A stretch of DNA of 64,000 bases from Cystobasidiomycetes sp. EMM_F5 (Eukaryota). The notes beneath the pieces are model-generated. The model did not search any database. It was given only the letters and a program-made list of their open reading frames with translations, and had not been told where the DNA came from. This document shows positions 26,367 through 38,565 of this stretch, in pieces; the stretch's first letter is position 1; each line of letters opens with the position of its first letter. Position numbers and translations under genes: made by a program. Location of the stretch: the NCBI GenBank assembly GCA_051047955.1, contig JBPGPT010000025.1:62001-126000 (forward strand), given 5' to 3'.

Positions 26367-27813
26367 TCAATTGAGTGCCTCTTTGATCTTTGCAAACAAT
26401 CCCTCCTTCTTCTTCTCTGGGGTGTGAGTACCCGTTGTAGTGGAATGGGTGTTGGATGTACCAGTGGTCGTGTGATGTCCAGTGGTATCTGTACAATGTA
26501 ATTATCAACATGATGTCCTCTGCGCACTCTTACCTGTTATGTATGCGAAACTCACCGTGGCTCTTGCGAGCCTGGTCTTGAATGGTACGCTCGGCCGAAT
26601 CGGAGATACCGTGAGTCGCAGTTGGGGCAGCGGTTGCGGAGGTGCCGGTAGTGGTTGACGGATGAATGCCGCTGGAGGTGTGTCCAGTGCCGGCAGAAGC
26701 GTGTCTCAACTCAGAAGCGACACCGGAGCCTGGTGTGGTGCGGGTAGCGGTTGGGGAGGTAGTAGCGGAAGAACCAGTCAGACCGGTGCCAGTAGTGGTG
26801 GCACCAGTACCGGTAGTATGGTGCGAGCCAGCGTGATTGCCGACATCGATGCCAGGACCGGCACCGAGGGCAGCACCTGTTCCGCTCGCGGTATGCGTGG
26901 AAGTACCTGGACCAGTGTGCGAGCCGACACCGTCGTTGATGCCGCCAGAGGTGTGATGAGGAACGGTCCTGCCAACAGCACTTCCTTCAACGTGTTCAGA
27001 TCGGTTGCTGTGACCAGTAACGACCTCCTTGACTTTTGTGACTAGCGACTCCTTCTCCTTGTGGTCGCCATGTCCGGCACCGTGGGTGCTTGAATGTTCA
27101 GTGCCGGTGACTGGGGTATGGTCCTTGTGGTCAAGGCCAGAGACGGTGTTGTGCGAGCCAGTCAAACCTCCAGCAGTGCCAGAAGTACCGGTTGCATGAG
27201 TTCCTGGAACAGTGGGTCCGGTAGTACCTGCAGCAGCTGCCAAGCCTGTTCCAGTTGTACCAGAATGATGGCCGAGGCCGGTTCCAGAAGTGGTCGACGT
27301 GGATGTGCCGCTGCCTAGACCGCTACCGAGGCCGGTGGAAGACGAGGATCCGGTGAGACCGGATGTCTCGCTATGTGTGCCATGAGTACCGTGTGTTCCG
27401 TGGCCAGTCAAGGCATTCTTAATTTTGTCACCAAAGTCTGCGACATGGCTAACTGTCAGCATATAGGGTTCTCCACTCGTATGCAAAGCCACACACCAAC
27501 GCCTGGGACACCGCCAGTCCTATCGATTGGCGTAGCGTTCTTTGGTTCATTCTCCTGCAAGTAGACTGCCTGAGTATATGTCGACACCGATGGCCATGGT
27601 CTTTCCTTACCGGATGGAAGTGGCCTTCGATTTCGCGGCTGAAAAATCCCGGTCAGCCATTACGAGGACGACAAAGCAATGTGCCCACTCACGTCGTTGT
27701 GCCCGTCTGCCATTGACCGATTCCCTTGATGATTTCGCTGTTTGGCGGAATGCTTTTCAGTCTACCTCCCGGCAACGAGAAGGGAGCTCGACGACTCACG
27801 AAGCGTGCGACAT
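26367..27813 (-). CDS. Gly/Thr/Ser/His-rich hydrophilin, dehydrin-like (six exons)
   Basis: Spliced start MSHASEIIKGIGQWQTGTTTREIEGHFHPENEPKNATPIDRTGGVPGVDFGDKIKNALTGH..., long GTGxH-rich body, C-terminus EKKKEGLFAKIKEALN*; no hydrophobic segment. Confidence 0.8.
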
Positions 27814-27940
27814 GGTTAAGTGTAAGGGGATTTGTAATGAATACTAATAATCAGTCCACAGGTATGCTTTTGTATTAGTCCGTGAAGAGGAAAGCAAACC
27901 CTCCCCGATTTTCATTCCGAGCTTTCGTTTCATTTCGCCC

Positions 27941-27948
27941 TACGTCAT
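27941..27948 (-). promoter_or_regulatory. Possible ATF/CREB (CRE-like) stress element upstream of the dehydrin-like gene
   Basis: ATGACGTA on the minus strand ~130 nt upstream of the ATG at 27813. Short motif that could occur by chance. Confidence 0.25.
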
Positions 27949-28171
27949 CCGGGCGGGCAAAGCGGGGCCGGGCTAGGAGTCTAATGCAAACATGGCCTAG
28001 CCTGGAAGGGCAGTCATATAACATGACATAAACAGTGGACAAGAGTATTCATGCTGTCTGATAGTCCAGCGACTTTGCTACAAATGGATACCGAGTATAC
28101 CCGACGAAATCCGAAAGAAGACTGCCAGGTGAACGTATAAACATACTTGCCTGCACAGAATGCAACGGCCA

Positions 28172-29715
28172 TTATGCATTTAGCGAAATACTCGGCGTTG
28201 TACTCGAGTTCTCCTCCTCCTGAGGGGTTTGCTCCAGTCCGCGCTCAGCCAATTCCTCCTTTGTCAGGAATCGACCGCCCGGTCCCCGTGGCCGCCTCAT
28301 CGCGTGCTTGTGCCGCGACTCGTGGAGGTACGGCTGTCATACACGTATGCGTAGTCAGTCGTCACATTCCACTTCGCAGAAAGCTGTAATGCACATACCT
28401 TTCGCTCCGTGCTCAGCTTGTGCAGTTCAGCGAGACGCAATCTCGCTTGCCGTCGCTTCACTATGCGATGATACTGTTTGGCATTCACAAACAGCGGTTC
28501 CGTGTCATCGACAACGTTCTTTCTGGCAAATTGAGCCTTTGCCTTTGTCGGACCTGAACCTGTCAAAGTGCTCGCATTTGATGTCTTGGTTTGCGACGCA
28601 GCTGCAGCGGTGACTTTTTTACTCCTACGAAGAAGTTTCGAGGTAGCGGCGTTCTTTGCAGCAGATATTCCCTCTACAAATGTAGCAGGATCAAAGTCGA
28701 AGTTGTCTGCTGTTCTTGTGTTGGCAGGTTGGGATGTCGTAGAAACAGGTCTAGACTCCAGAGGGGGAGAGTAACGAGCAAACTTTGGACTGCTGAGAGC
28801 CGAGTGATCAAACATGGTACAAGTCGAAGCGGGCGAGGTGGAGGCGGAGAAGGCCGTCGAGAGAATGGGAGATGGCGCGACCCTGTCCGATGGGAGAAAG
28901 AGGTCTGATGCATTCTTTCTCAGCAGGGAAGTACTATCCATAACGCCTGCAGAAGACGTCGGTGCATGCGACTGGTTGAGTGGCAGTGGACTTTGTGAGG
29001 GAGAGTACAGAAAGGGGGACGCCGGAATTGTCGGAGGGACTAGCATGCTCATTGATCGCTGGTGGTGATGATGATGACGAGGCTGTGGGTGATAGTGCGT
29101 GGTATGCTGATAAGCCTGGTCGTTGTATGCGGGTACAGCCGCCTGCTGAAGCTGAAGAGGATGGATAAACGACATTGTTCGGCCTCTCTGCTTGGTATTG
29201 GGGAGTGCATCGTTCGGCAAGCCAGCGCTCGTCTTCGTTGAAGGCGCGGTCGATACGGCGGATGCTACTGATCTCGATGAAGATGAAGACGATGATGCCG
29301 CTGAGGAAGGACCTGAAGTCACGACAGTCTGCGGACAAGATCCCTGTTCTAAGTCCTGCACATAGTAGGTATCGGGAGTTGCTGCAATCTGCGAGTCCAG
29401 CTGTTGCTGCTGTTGCTGATATTGCAGAAATGTGGGCTGCAGCGGTGAGACTGATCCGGCGAGGAGGGAAGTTGGAAGGTAGAGGTGCTGGAGCATCGCA
29501 GAGTGGGCTGTTGGAGCATTGGACGACGATGACGGTATCACTTGGCCGGGAAGCTGCTCGTATTGCTGAAGTTGCTGGTACGGCTGATGGGCCTGGAAGC
29601 CATCCAGCGATACGGAATGGCGGTGACGCTGCGGCGAAGACTGGTGCTGCGCGAGCCAGGCGAGGTAGTCTGAGCTGTACCCAACATCGTCCAGGTCATA
29701 ATTATTGGGGTCCAT
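28172..29715 (-). CDS. HAP2: CCAAT-binding factor subunit Hap2/NF-YA
   Basis: [20 protein letters not shown]...[25 protein letters not shown]; Gln/His/Ser-rich N-terminus; one intron. Confidence 0.95.
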
Positions 29716-30066
29716 TGGGTGGACTCAGTTCAAAGAGCATGCAGGCCTGGTCAAATCTGATAACGATAACAAGACATGGTTATTCTACATCATACAGCAT
29801 ACTTATACATACTCTGAATATCCTTTCCTCTTTATGAAATAATCGCTACATCTTACCCTGATCCCGCATCAGGTTTGCGACTGAAAGATGCCTATGGACG
29901 ACGAAATCGTCTGGCAGACTCACAGAGACTGAGACGCCCACGATGACGGGTTCGTGTTGGAGATCAGCCAGCAAATGCTAACCAAATGCCCATATCATCG
30001 CACAGGGCAACCGACCACGCAGTGCGTAAGGGCTTCCATAATCTCAACCATCCCCCCCGCACTCCC

Positions 30067-31464
30067 TCACCACGTCAACCTCGTCTGATTCCCCTCAAAT
30101 GTCGACTGCAGCCAGTGGAGCAGCTCGCCGATGAGGAGACCGTTGGAATACTTGCCCAAGATTTCCTTGCCGTCACCCCACCAGTGCGAAATGTAAGCAC
30201 CTTGGCACACATTTTCCAATTCATTTGGGTTGTCTGGCCACCCGTTCGCATCCACGCATGGTACAATGACGAGTTCTTCTCCTTCCTTTAGCGTTGGGCG
30301 CACGTAGCGGTTGAAGGCGCCCTGTTCGTGCGGCCACTCCCACGAGAAACGCTCGCGGCATCCTGGAACTATCGGTATGGCTGCTCAGCCGCTGTCACGA
30401 TAGTAAACACGTATTAGGTTTCCTCACAGTGATCAAAGCAGTTCCAGATTTGATCAATAACTTTGAGCGTCGTAGGTGTATTGCGAAAGAGCATGAATCC
30501 AGTCTACCGTACCGCTCATCAGCTAACTACCATTTGTGCACTGAATGTCATCGACTTGCATTGGTCGCGTTGATATTGCCCTCTTCGTTCAGTGGTATGT
30601 CCATTGCCAAGGCCATACTTGCACGGTCGTGGAAACCGAAATGCTTCATCAATTCGAACAAACTATATTGCGGATGGCTTATTACTGTAGGCAAGTCATG
30701 TCGGAATCTGATGATGGATTGACGGGTAACATGTCACACGCACCTGCATCCCCGTCGAGAAAGACGACATATTCGCAGGTCTCGAGGGACTTGCCAATCG
30801 CCGGGAACTTCTGCCAGGTTGACCACCGATCTGTCATACTCTCCCAAGTCCATCTTTGGAAGCGATAGCCATGTCGGAGCGCCCAAAACATGTTGTGATA
30901 CACTGCCGCATCATAGTATTCAATCTCGGTCGCTGTTGGTGGCTCTCGATGATTTTGCTGCTCCAAGCTGTATGGGAAGGGAGTCATGGCACGCGTGTCT
31001 GACGACATGATGCACACTTGATCTGGCTTTGGCTCGCGGTACGATAATCCAGAAGGTAACGTTTTGACCTTGTCAGAAGGCATCTGCTGATTTGTCAATT
31101 GCCAAGCCTAGCAGGGCGATTTTATACAACGTCAACGCTGGATGAGCGTAATAAAGTGCGAGGCGCTCACCTTCTGGAAAGACACGAGTGGGTTTTCCGC
31201 TGCCGCTTCTCTGGCTGGCTGCCCATTCAGCGTGTAAGCATGACCGGACGCCCAGTTGATGACCAGAGCCGAAGTTGAGATTGTTGCAAGTGCCCACGGC
31301 AACAGAATCGTCGTCCATAGCAACTTCCGCCTCCTCTTGCTCTGCGTGTAGTCTCCTTCGAGGCCGCTTTTGCGGGTATCGTGAGTGAATGGCTGCTCGG
31401 AGCTTGAAGCTACCAAAGACTCCAGCTCGGTGCTGTCTGCTGCCTCGTCCTTGTACGCGGGCAT
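30067..31464 (-). CDS. GT34-like (GMA12/MNN10-type) glycosyltransferase, copy 1; 3' end approximate
   Basis: TM LLWTTILLPWALATISTSALVI; WALRHGY; RWSTWQKFP; EYVVFLDGDA (DxD); N|TGF; WPHEQGAFNRYVRP; PCVDANG; CQGAYISHWW. Confidence 0.78.
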
Positions 31465-31818
31465 CTCGGCATGGGACTGAGTGGATGACCACGAACCAGG
31501 AGATGGACTATAGAGCTATGTGCTTGTGCTTGCTATTGAGACGCAGTTGGGTGTATTGCAACAGACCTAAAGAGGTTTCCTCTAATCAGGGTCAATAAAT
31601 TGCCCCCTATTCTGGGCAGGGAGGCGCGTTGAAGAGCCTATACCAGGCCAACAGCAGTCCTGCGTATCGTCTCAAAGCAGCCTGGATCATGTTATGCGAC
31701 TATCCAGCTCAACATAAATATCGATATCGTTATCCGCTGCACGGACCCTCTGCTCCCCGTTGACCTCTAAGTGGGGGTGGCACATTCTGTTGACCCGGTG
31801 CCTGCTTCTTGTCTCGGG

Positions 31819-33213
31819 ATGGCCAACGGATACGAGATGGCGTACAGGCGCCCGTCTGCTCGTGCAAGTTACGAGCTTCTGCCCGGCGTCTCTGTCCCGT
31901 CACGGCGGTCGTCGCTGTGGTACGCCCTCCCGGCATTGGCTCTTGCGGCTGTTGTGCTCGGAGGTTTTTCCATCATAGACTGGAGCAGCGCTTCCAAGCA
32001 GTCGATAGAGACAGCGCCAGTCGCTGCCTTTGAAGCCATCTTCGCAAACGGCCTCAATCACAATGCCACATCTCCTTGGACAGACCCCGACAGCGGGATA
32101 ACCTACACGGCAAAGCATGCTCACTGGAGCAAACTAAACAAGAAGCGTGAGTACCGTTCTTGCAGTGTCTAATACTCTAGCAATCCCGTTCTCATTCAAT
32201 CCCATCAGTATGCATCGTCAACATTGATACACGGCCAATCACTTTGCCTTCATACGCCTCAACCTTACCGGAAGACTACTTCTCAGCGACAGCCTACTCA
32301 CACCTGCTGTATGCCTTGCGGCATGGCTACGCGTATCAGACAGTGCATGCGCCTCCTATGGAAGGCAGGTATCCAACATGGGTGAAAGGTCAGGAGTTGC
32401 TGTTGTGGACGTGAGAGCATAAACTGATTGTTCTCCACACTTTCCCAGTCCCGCACATCCGCAAACTATTGCGCGACTACGAACTGGTTGTATTCCTTGA
32501 TGGCGACGTGCAGATGAATCATCCCGAACTACCCATCGAATGGCTTCTGAATAGATGGGATTTCGCTCCTACATCCCTCATGGCGATGGCTGAAGATCCT
32601 ACATCCGATGACAACAGAGACAAGAATGGCAAAATCGCGCTCAATACCGGTTTCGTGGTTGTGCGCAACGACGCACGGTCCTTTCAGCTCTTGGATGAGC
32701 TCATCGCTTGTCCAGACGTGTTGCCAGGTTGTGAGGTGACTGCTCACGAGTGGTCTCACGAACAAAGAGCGTTCAGTATGTTGGCATCCATTGCCTCTGT
32801 TAAATTAACGAAGGCTGAAACTTTCCAACGCCAGGCGGCTTCATCCGTCCTTCCATGAGCGAGGGCCCTGGACAAGAATTGTAAGCTTATAAGTTGCCGA
32901 TACGTGCAGCAAGTGCTGATGATTCCACAGAGTTGTTGCGCCGTGTGCAGAGGCCAATGGCTACGAAGGGGAAACATGCGACGGAGTATTTGTCAAACAT
33001 CGGTGGTCCGCAAAGCATCAAACCACTGCTGCTATCCACAAGCAATTGCTAGGAACCATGTACTTCATGCTGGACGAGATGTAAGCGGTCTGTGCATTGA
33101 GCGAATGTCAAAAAATCCTTATATTTCGCTCTTCTAGTATGCGCGACGGGAATCATATCGCTGAAGAAGCCTCTAGCGAGCCTGCGGATTTAGATTTCGG
33201 CAGCGTAATCTGA
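31819..33213 (+). CDS. GT34-like glycosyltransferase, copy 2 (divergent from copy 1)
   Basis: TM LWYALPALALAAVVLGGF; YALRHGY; RYPTWVK; ELVVFLDGDV; LNTGF; WSHEQRAF; PCAEANG; CDGVFVKHRW. Confidence 0.8.
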
Positions 33214-33599
33214 AAGAGGCACTAGAGCAGCCGAGATTGAAGGGCCACGCCAACTGCTCAGCACGACGTAGGACTTATGGGGAGGGATACAGTGCGTAAT
33301 CAGTCAGGGACGTAGTGTCAGAGTCCAAATCATTTCGTCATTGTATCAATACAAGCAGTGTCATGCTGGCACCAGATTGAACATAGAATATACCGGAAGC
33401 AGGTCTCGTATGTAGGCACGTTTTGTGATGACCGTGGCCATGCACTGACACGTCTCATGTGGCTTTACTCAGACAGCTGTATCTGTCTGCTTTTCGGGCC
33501 GGAAAAAGCAAATGCCCAACAACAAGGGCTGAGCGATGCGTGATGAATTGAGACGTACACGACGAGCTTTGCATAGCTGTCTGAACGCGACACGCCCCT

Positions 33600-34993
33600 C
33601 TAATCGCGAGGGCTTGCCTTTCGCGCAACGAAAAGCTCTGCAGAATAGTATGCAACGTTAGTAAACCTAGCCTTTCGGTATCGTACAAGGGAACAACCTA
33701 CGCATAGGCGTGAAGAGCTTGGTGCGACCTCCTGCAACGAGAGCATCCGCAGCAATTTTGAGGGCTTCGCCGGTTGCATAGGTACCCTTTGGGAATAGAC
33801 CGACACGCTCGCCGGCCCACACTGTATTTTGTGTGACGATTTTGCCTAACCAAGTCATGCGCGCGACCATAACAATGTCCCAGAGCGTCTGGACTTTGCG
33901 AATGTCGCCTTCGAGTGGGTAGAACCAACGCTGTTCAAGATCGGGCAGTCTTTAAGCTTCGTAGCGCTCTGCGCTTCACCAATTTAACGCTCACAATCTC
34001 ATCGGGCCGTTCCGCCAAATCCTCATCGTGCAAGATTTCAAATCCGACCGAGTGCATGGCATCCCTAGCGTCTTTGATTGTTCGCATTTCCGGAATACCA
34101 TCGCCAAGTTCTATCCCATGGGCAATCTCGCGGTGCTTTGGGTTGCTCTTGTCGTATTCGTCCGTCATGCACCACTCGTATACTCCAAACTGAGGGCGGG
34201 GAAAGGTTCATCAGTACACATCACAGCACCGTGAGGTGCATTGACTTACGATACCGCCTGGCTTCAGTACTCTTCGAATTTGCTCGTATATGCCCGCAAA
34301 TGACGGGGCGTGTACAGTCGCTTCGATGGCGTATACTGCATCAAACGAGTTTTCTCCGAAATGCTCGGCTAAGTGCATAAAGTCGCCCTTGACAAAGTCG
34401 ACCAGGTCGGACAAGCCTGCCTTTGCAGTGTACTTTGTCGCTCGGTCCACCTGGAAGGCATTGTTGTTGACTCCGGTAATATGAGCACCGCTGAAACGGG
34501 CAATCTCGCGCGCGGGACCTCCGACACCACACCCTACATCCAGGACCCGCATTCCTGGCTTGAGGCCCATCTGAGCGCTCAGATAGTGCTCGTGCCTAGC
34601 AATGGCTTGATAGAAGGATTCGCCCTTGTAGTATCTGAATTCTGTAATCAGCGCGTCCGTAGCTGTCAACTCTGAGCATACACCCACCTGGCAAAGTGAA
34701 AAGAAGTTCCCCAGCCGTATTCATAGAGTTCTGAAGAGGTCAACAATTTAGGCTGATAGACAGCCATCTGAGAACCGAGACCTGCCTGTCGCGCTGTCGT
34801 AATATCCATTGACGACGTCGGTGTAGTTTTCGAGTCTGTGCTTCATCTGCTCGGCCGTGTCCTTTGACGAGTCGGCGTTCCAGTGCTTTGTGTAGTTTTC
34901 CATTCCCTTGCGGTTGCGAAGGTCGCCGTTGACCTTGAGCACCGTGCCATTGCCGTTGCTCAGACTGGAGCTGGAGCTCGGAGCATTCACCAT
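33600..34993 (-). CDS. ERG6: Sterol C-24 methyltransferase (3' end uncertain)
   Basis: [84 protein letters not shown]. Confidence 0.96.
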
Positions 34994-35142
34994 GGTTGCA
35001 GGACGGTCACTCGCCGTCTTTTTCGAGATGGGCTGAAGGCCAACCTGAGACAGTCGTTCGATGTTTTCTCAACTATTTTATGGATACAACGCAGCTCCAG
35101 CTCAAACGGACAACACGTCTAAGTAACTCATGTACTCTACAA

Positions 35143-37837
35143 CTATGCAACACTGATTGAATCACCATTGTACAAGCGGCTCCACTCGAGGGCCAGCCGA
35201 TAAGCGTACACCTTGGCCGCCTGTTCTCCCATGTACTGCCTTCCCCATTCGCGACCACGTTCGGCAATCGCTTGCAGGGCAGCGTCGTTTCCAATGTGAC
35301 GCTCGTACGACGTGGAAGAAGTCCCCGACTTTGATTGCCGCGTGACGGCCTTGAGCGACGAGGGCGAGCCTGTACTGCCAAAGAAGTAGGTCAAGATGCT
35401 GGAAAACTCGTCGTACTTGAGAGAAAGGGGAATGACATGGTACCATGCTGTTGATAATAGAATTATAATTGAATTTGTGAAAGTCACATCAGTCGCTACT
35501 TCTGATGATTAGATCCGGAAACCTACCCTGCAGGTGGTCTGCGAAATATTCCTTGTACAAGGACGACTTGACCACAGCGGCTCCACTCTCGAGCAGCGCG
35601 CTAAGGCGAGAGGAGTATGCGTTGCCTGCGTTATGATGTCGCAATCCAGTCAGTCAACGTGCCACAGAGCAGCCATTTCGGTATCGGAACCATCCAGAAC
35701 TCACCATCCAAATCCGCAGTCATCTTGACTTGGGCAAACTCTTGAACAACCCTGCCGCGGTTGATGCGGTACGTCGAATTATCGAGCAGGGCTTCGCATG
35801 TCGCAGCTTCTCCACAGCCCGTCAGGTCGTCAAATGCAACATCGAGGTGGTCCACGTTGGATGTTTGGTGGCCGTTGTCAGATAGTGCTCGAGATTCTGC
35901 GATGGAGTTGGCTAATGCAACGAAGCGCTGTCGCTGGTAATTGAGCTGGCGTCCAGACGGCCTGTTGCCACCACCGTCGGCTGTTCCGCGCCAGTATAGA
36001 CGTTCTGCCCGCTCAGCCCAGTCTAGAACAGGCTCTCTCTCAAAGACTCCTGGGAAATCACGGTGGTGGACTTGAGCAGATGTAGAATTAGCCAAATGAC
36101 TGTAACCCCGGCTCTGAAGAGGGCAGCGCTTACAATTTGGTATAAGAATATCGGAGAAGCCTGGGACGGTAGAGTGGGAGAAGACAGGATACAACGTGTC
36201 GATGATGCGCCAGTCCGAATAAAACAGGCCATGCTTTTGCAGATAATCCGAACCGCTGCACATTTGGGTCTCATCGACGGCCGCCAACGAGGTGAGGAAG
36301 CTCTTTCGAGCTTCCGCCTGCCTGGCGGCGACCTGCTGTGCGTATCGAAGGTGCGGTGCCGCTCGAATGCTCTTGATGGGCGCGAATGGATGGGTCACGT
36401 TTGCAGCATGGGAAGACGCAAGAGTGAAGTGTTTCACCCTGGTGTCAATGGACGCGAATGAGCGTCGCAAATTGGCAGAAGGATCACAGCTTCGGGCGTA
36501 GGCGTTGGCCGTCGTTTCGCCAGCACCCCAATCTGCGCGCGTGATTGGGCTGAACGGCGCATCTTGCTGATTGGTGTCTAGGTATACTGCAATACGGTGA
36601 AAATCGAAACCAAGAAAGACCATGAATTGAATTAGTAGCTGCTAACCTCTTTATATTCCGCTTCATCTGCGGATGTGGACTGCTGCTTACCTTCTGGATC
36701 GTGTTTTGCTTCCCACGACAGGAGAACCCGGGGATCTGCAATCTCATTGACGGCAAACGATACACCCTTATTTAGCCCTGGTCTCTCTTTTTCCTGCAAC
36801 AATTGTACGAGGAGTTGGCCAAGTGAGTACGCTCTCTTCTGCACAATGCCGACAGGAGGGCTCTGCACGCTGATTCTCTCTTCGGGTCGCAGCTGCTTGT
36901 AGCCTCTTCCGGCCTGGGGTAGCACATTGACAAGGGAGAATGACGGGGAACTCCCAATCTCGATTGTTCTGTATTGCAATTCAGAAGTTGATAACCGCCG
37001 GAAAGGATCAAGAGAATGCATGAGCGAGTCGTATTCGTCAACGAGTTCGATGCCTGATTCTGCATAGTCGATTGACGATGTCAGTGACGAGACAAGCTTG
37101 ATTTAGATGCAAAACATTCGCCGCGTACCTTTCGCATACTCAAACCACTCTTCGAACCCTTCTGGAGGCGCCATTTCATATCGTCGTATGTACTCCTGTA
37201 CCGCTTCCTCTGCAGTCTTACTTTGCTTTGCCACCTTTGCCTTCCACTGCTCGCTTGCAGTCACAATGATATCATCCAGCCTTGCAGCTTCTTCGGAAGT
37301 AAATTGACGAGGCTCTTTTCTAGGTAAACTAGTAGAAGTATGTTGGGAGGAAATTGGTCGAAGGTGCCAATCCCGGTCCAAAGCACGACCGGCGTATAGA
37401 TTGTAGGGAGCGGCCAGCTTGAGTAAAGCAAGGTAGGCCACAATGATGAGCGCCACGCAGGCGAATAGCCGCCTTGCTCTTGTCCGCGACCTTAGTGGAC
37501 GAGTCTTTGTGGATTTGGCATCGCTGACGCCATCGAATTGCTTTGAGACCCAATTTAACGACGAAGAAGGAATATCTGGAGTGGAAATCTTGTTGAAAGC
37601 CTTGCGATCCACATGGCGTTGCTTCTGCTTTTGCTGCTTAGACGATTGTTGCTGATAATGATGCTGGGCTGTGACGATGGCGCTCTGCCTGCGGGACAGG
37701 GCTCTGCCGTTTGCGAGAGGAAAGGACGATGCTACAGTGGGGTAGATGGCTATCGCTGGCGTTGTGGAATGCTTGGGCTGTGGAGAGGGTCCGTTCTCTG
37801 TGCTTTGCCACTGCGAACTATCGGCAGTAACCTGCAT
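35143..37837 (-). CDS. GT90 / CAP10-domain glycosyltransferase (Cxt1-like beta-1,2-xylosyltransferase family)
   Basis: TM LFACVALIIVAYLALL; YIRRYEMAPPEGFEEWFEYA; PVFSHSTVPGFSDILIP; LYWRGTADGG; DLDG|NAYSSR; WYHVIPL; YAYRLALEWSRL. Confidence 0.88.
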
Positions 37838-38565
37838 GGCTGAAGGAATCGATGGAGGTGAGCGATGATGATATTTAGGAGATGAAGCGAGAGTGCAGAG
37901 ATGATGCCAGCTTTTCTTTCTCTGTAGCAGACTGTGATTATCTGCAGGAATATTTAATCTCGCTGTGGCAGTTCCAAACTAGGCAGCATCCAGCTCCTGC
38001 AGCTGGCCAGTGTCAGTCCGGGCGTGAGCAGTGTCAGCTTTTCAGCAGTATTGGCGGCGTCGAGAACAGCGCATCAGTTTTCTTGCAAGTACATTAGCCC
38101 TCCTCATCGATATTCTGCCCTGCTCGTCAGCCTAGCTCCCGCATTTGCATCCGAGAGATTTTGCACCCGGAAAAGGCAATGGGCAGAGTATTTGACGATA
38201 GCGTCGTGATTACGGCGAAGCACTCGCAATGGATGGATGGCATTAGTATTCTGCGTAGCGTTGGATGCTACTGCGCACGCTATGGGAGGATCCGGTGGAG
38301 ACCTCAAATTTGTTGGTCGACGCGACGACGCGTATAGCATCATGGTGGAGATTGCGATGCTGACATTGGATGCCAACCAGGGTTTGTTGCATTGGGACTT
38401 GGATTGGCACATCGCACGTCCTAGCTATAGCTTGCCCCATTTCAGCCGGTCCATGAGTTACACGTTCAATTTGAGATTGGTCATCGATACAACAATACTG
38501 TCGCTATGGATACAGAGCTGGCACTAACTTGACGTATGTACTGCCTTCCAACGTTCGCATGGACT

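Noticed and set aside
29175..29837. 220 aa + strand ORF
   Set aside because: Antisense to the Gln/Ser-rich N-terminus of HAP2.
37860..38540. Short ORFs between the GT90 and GT-B-like genes
   Set aside because: No homology cues or coherent exon chain; treated as intergenic.
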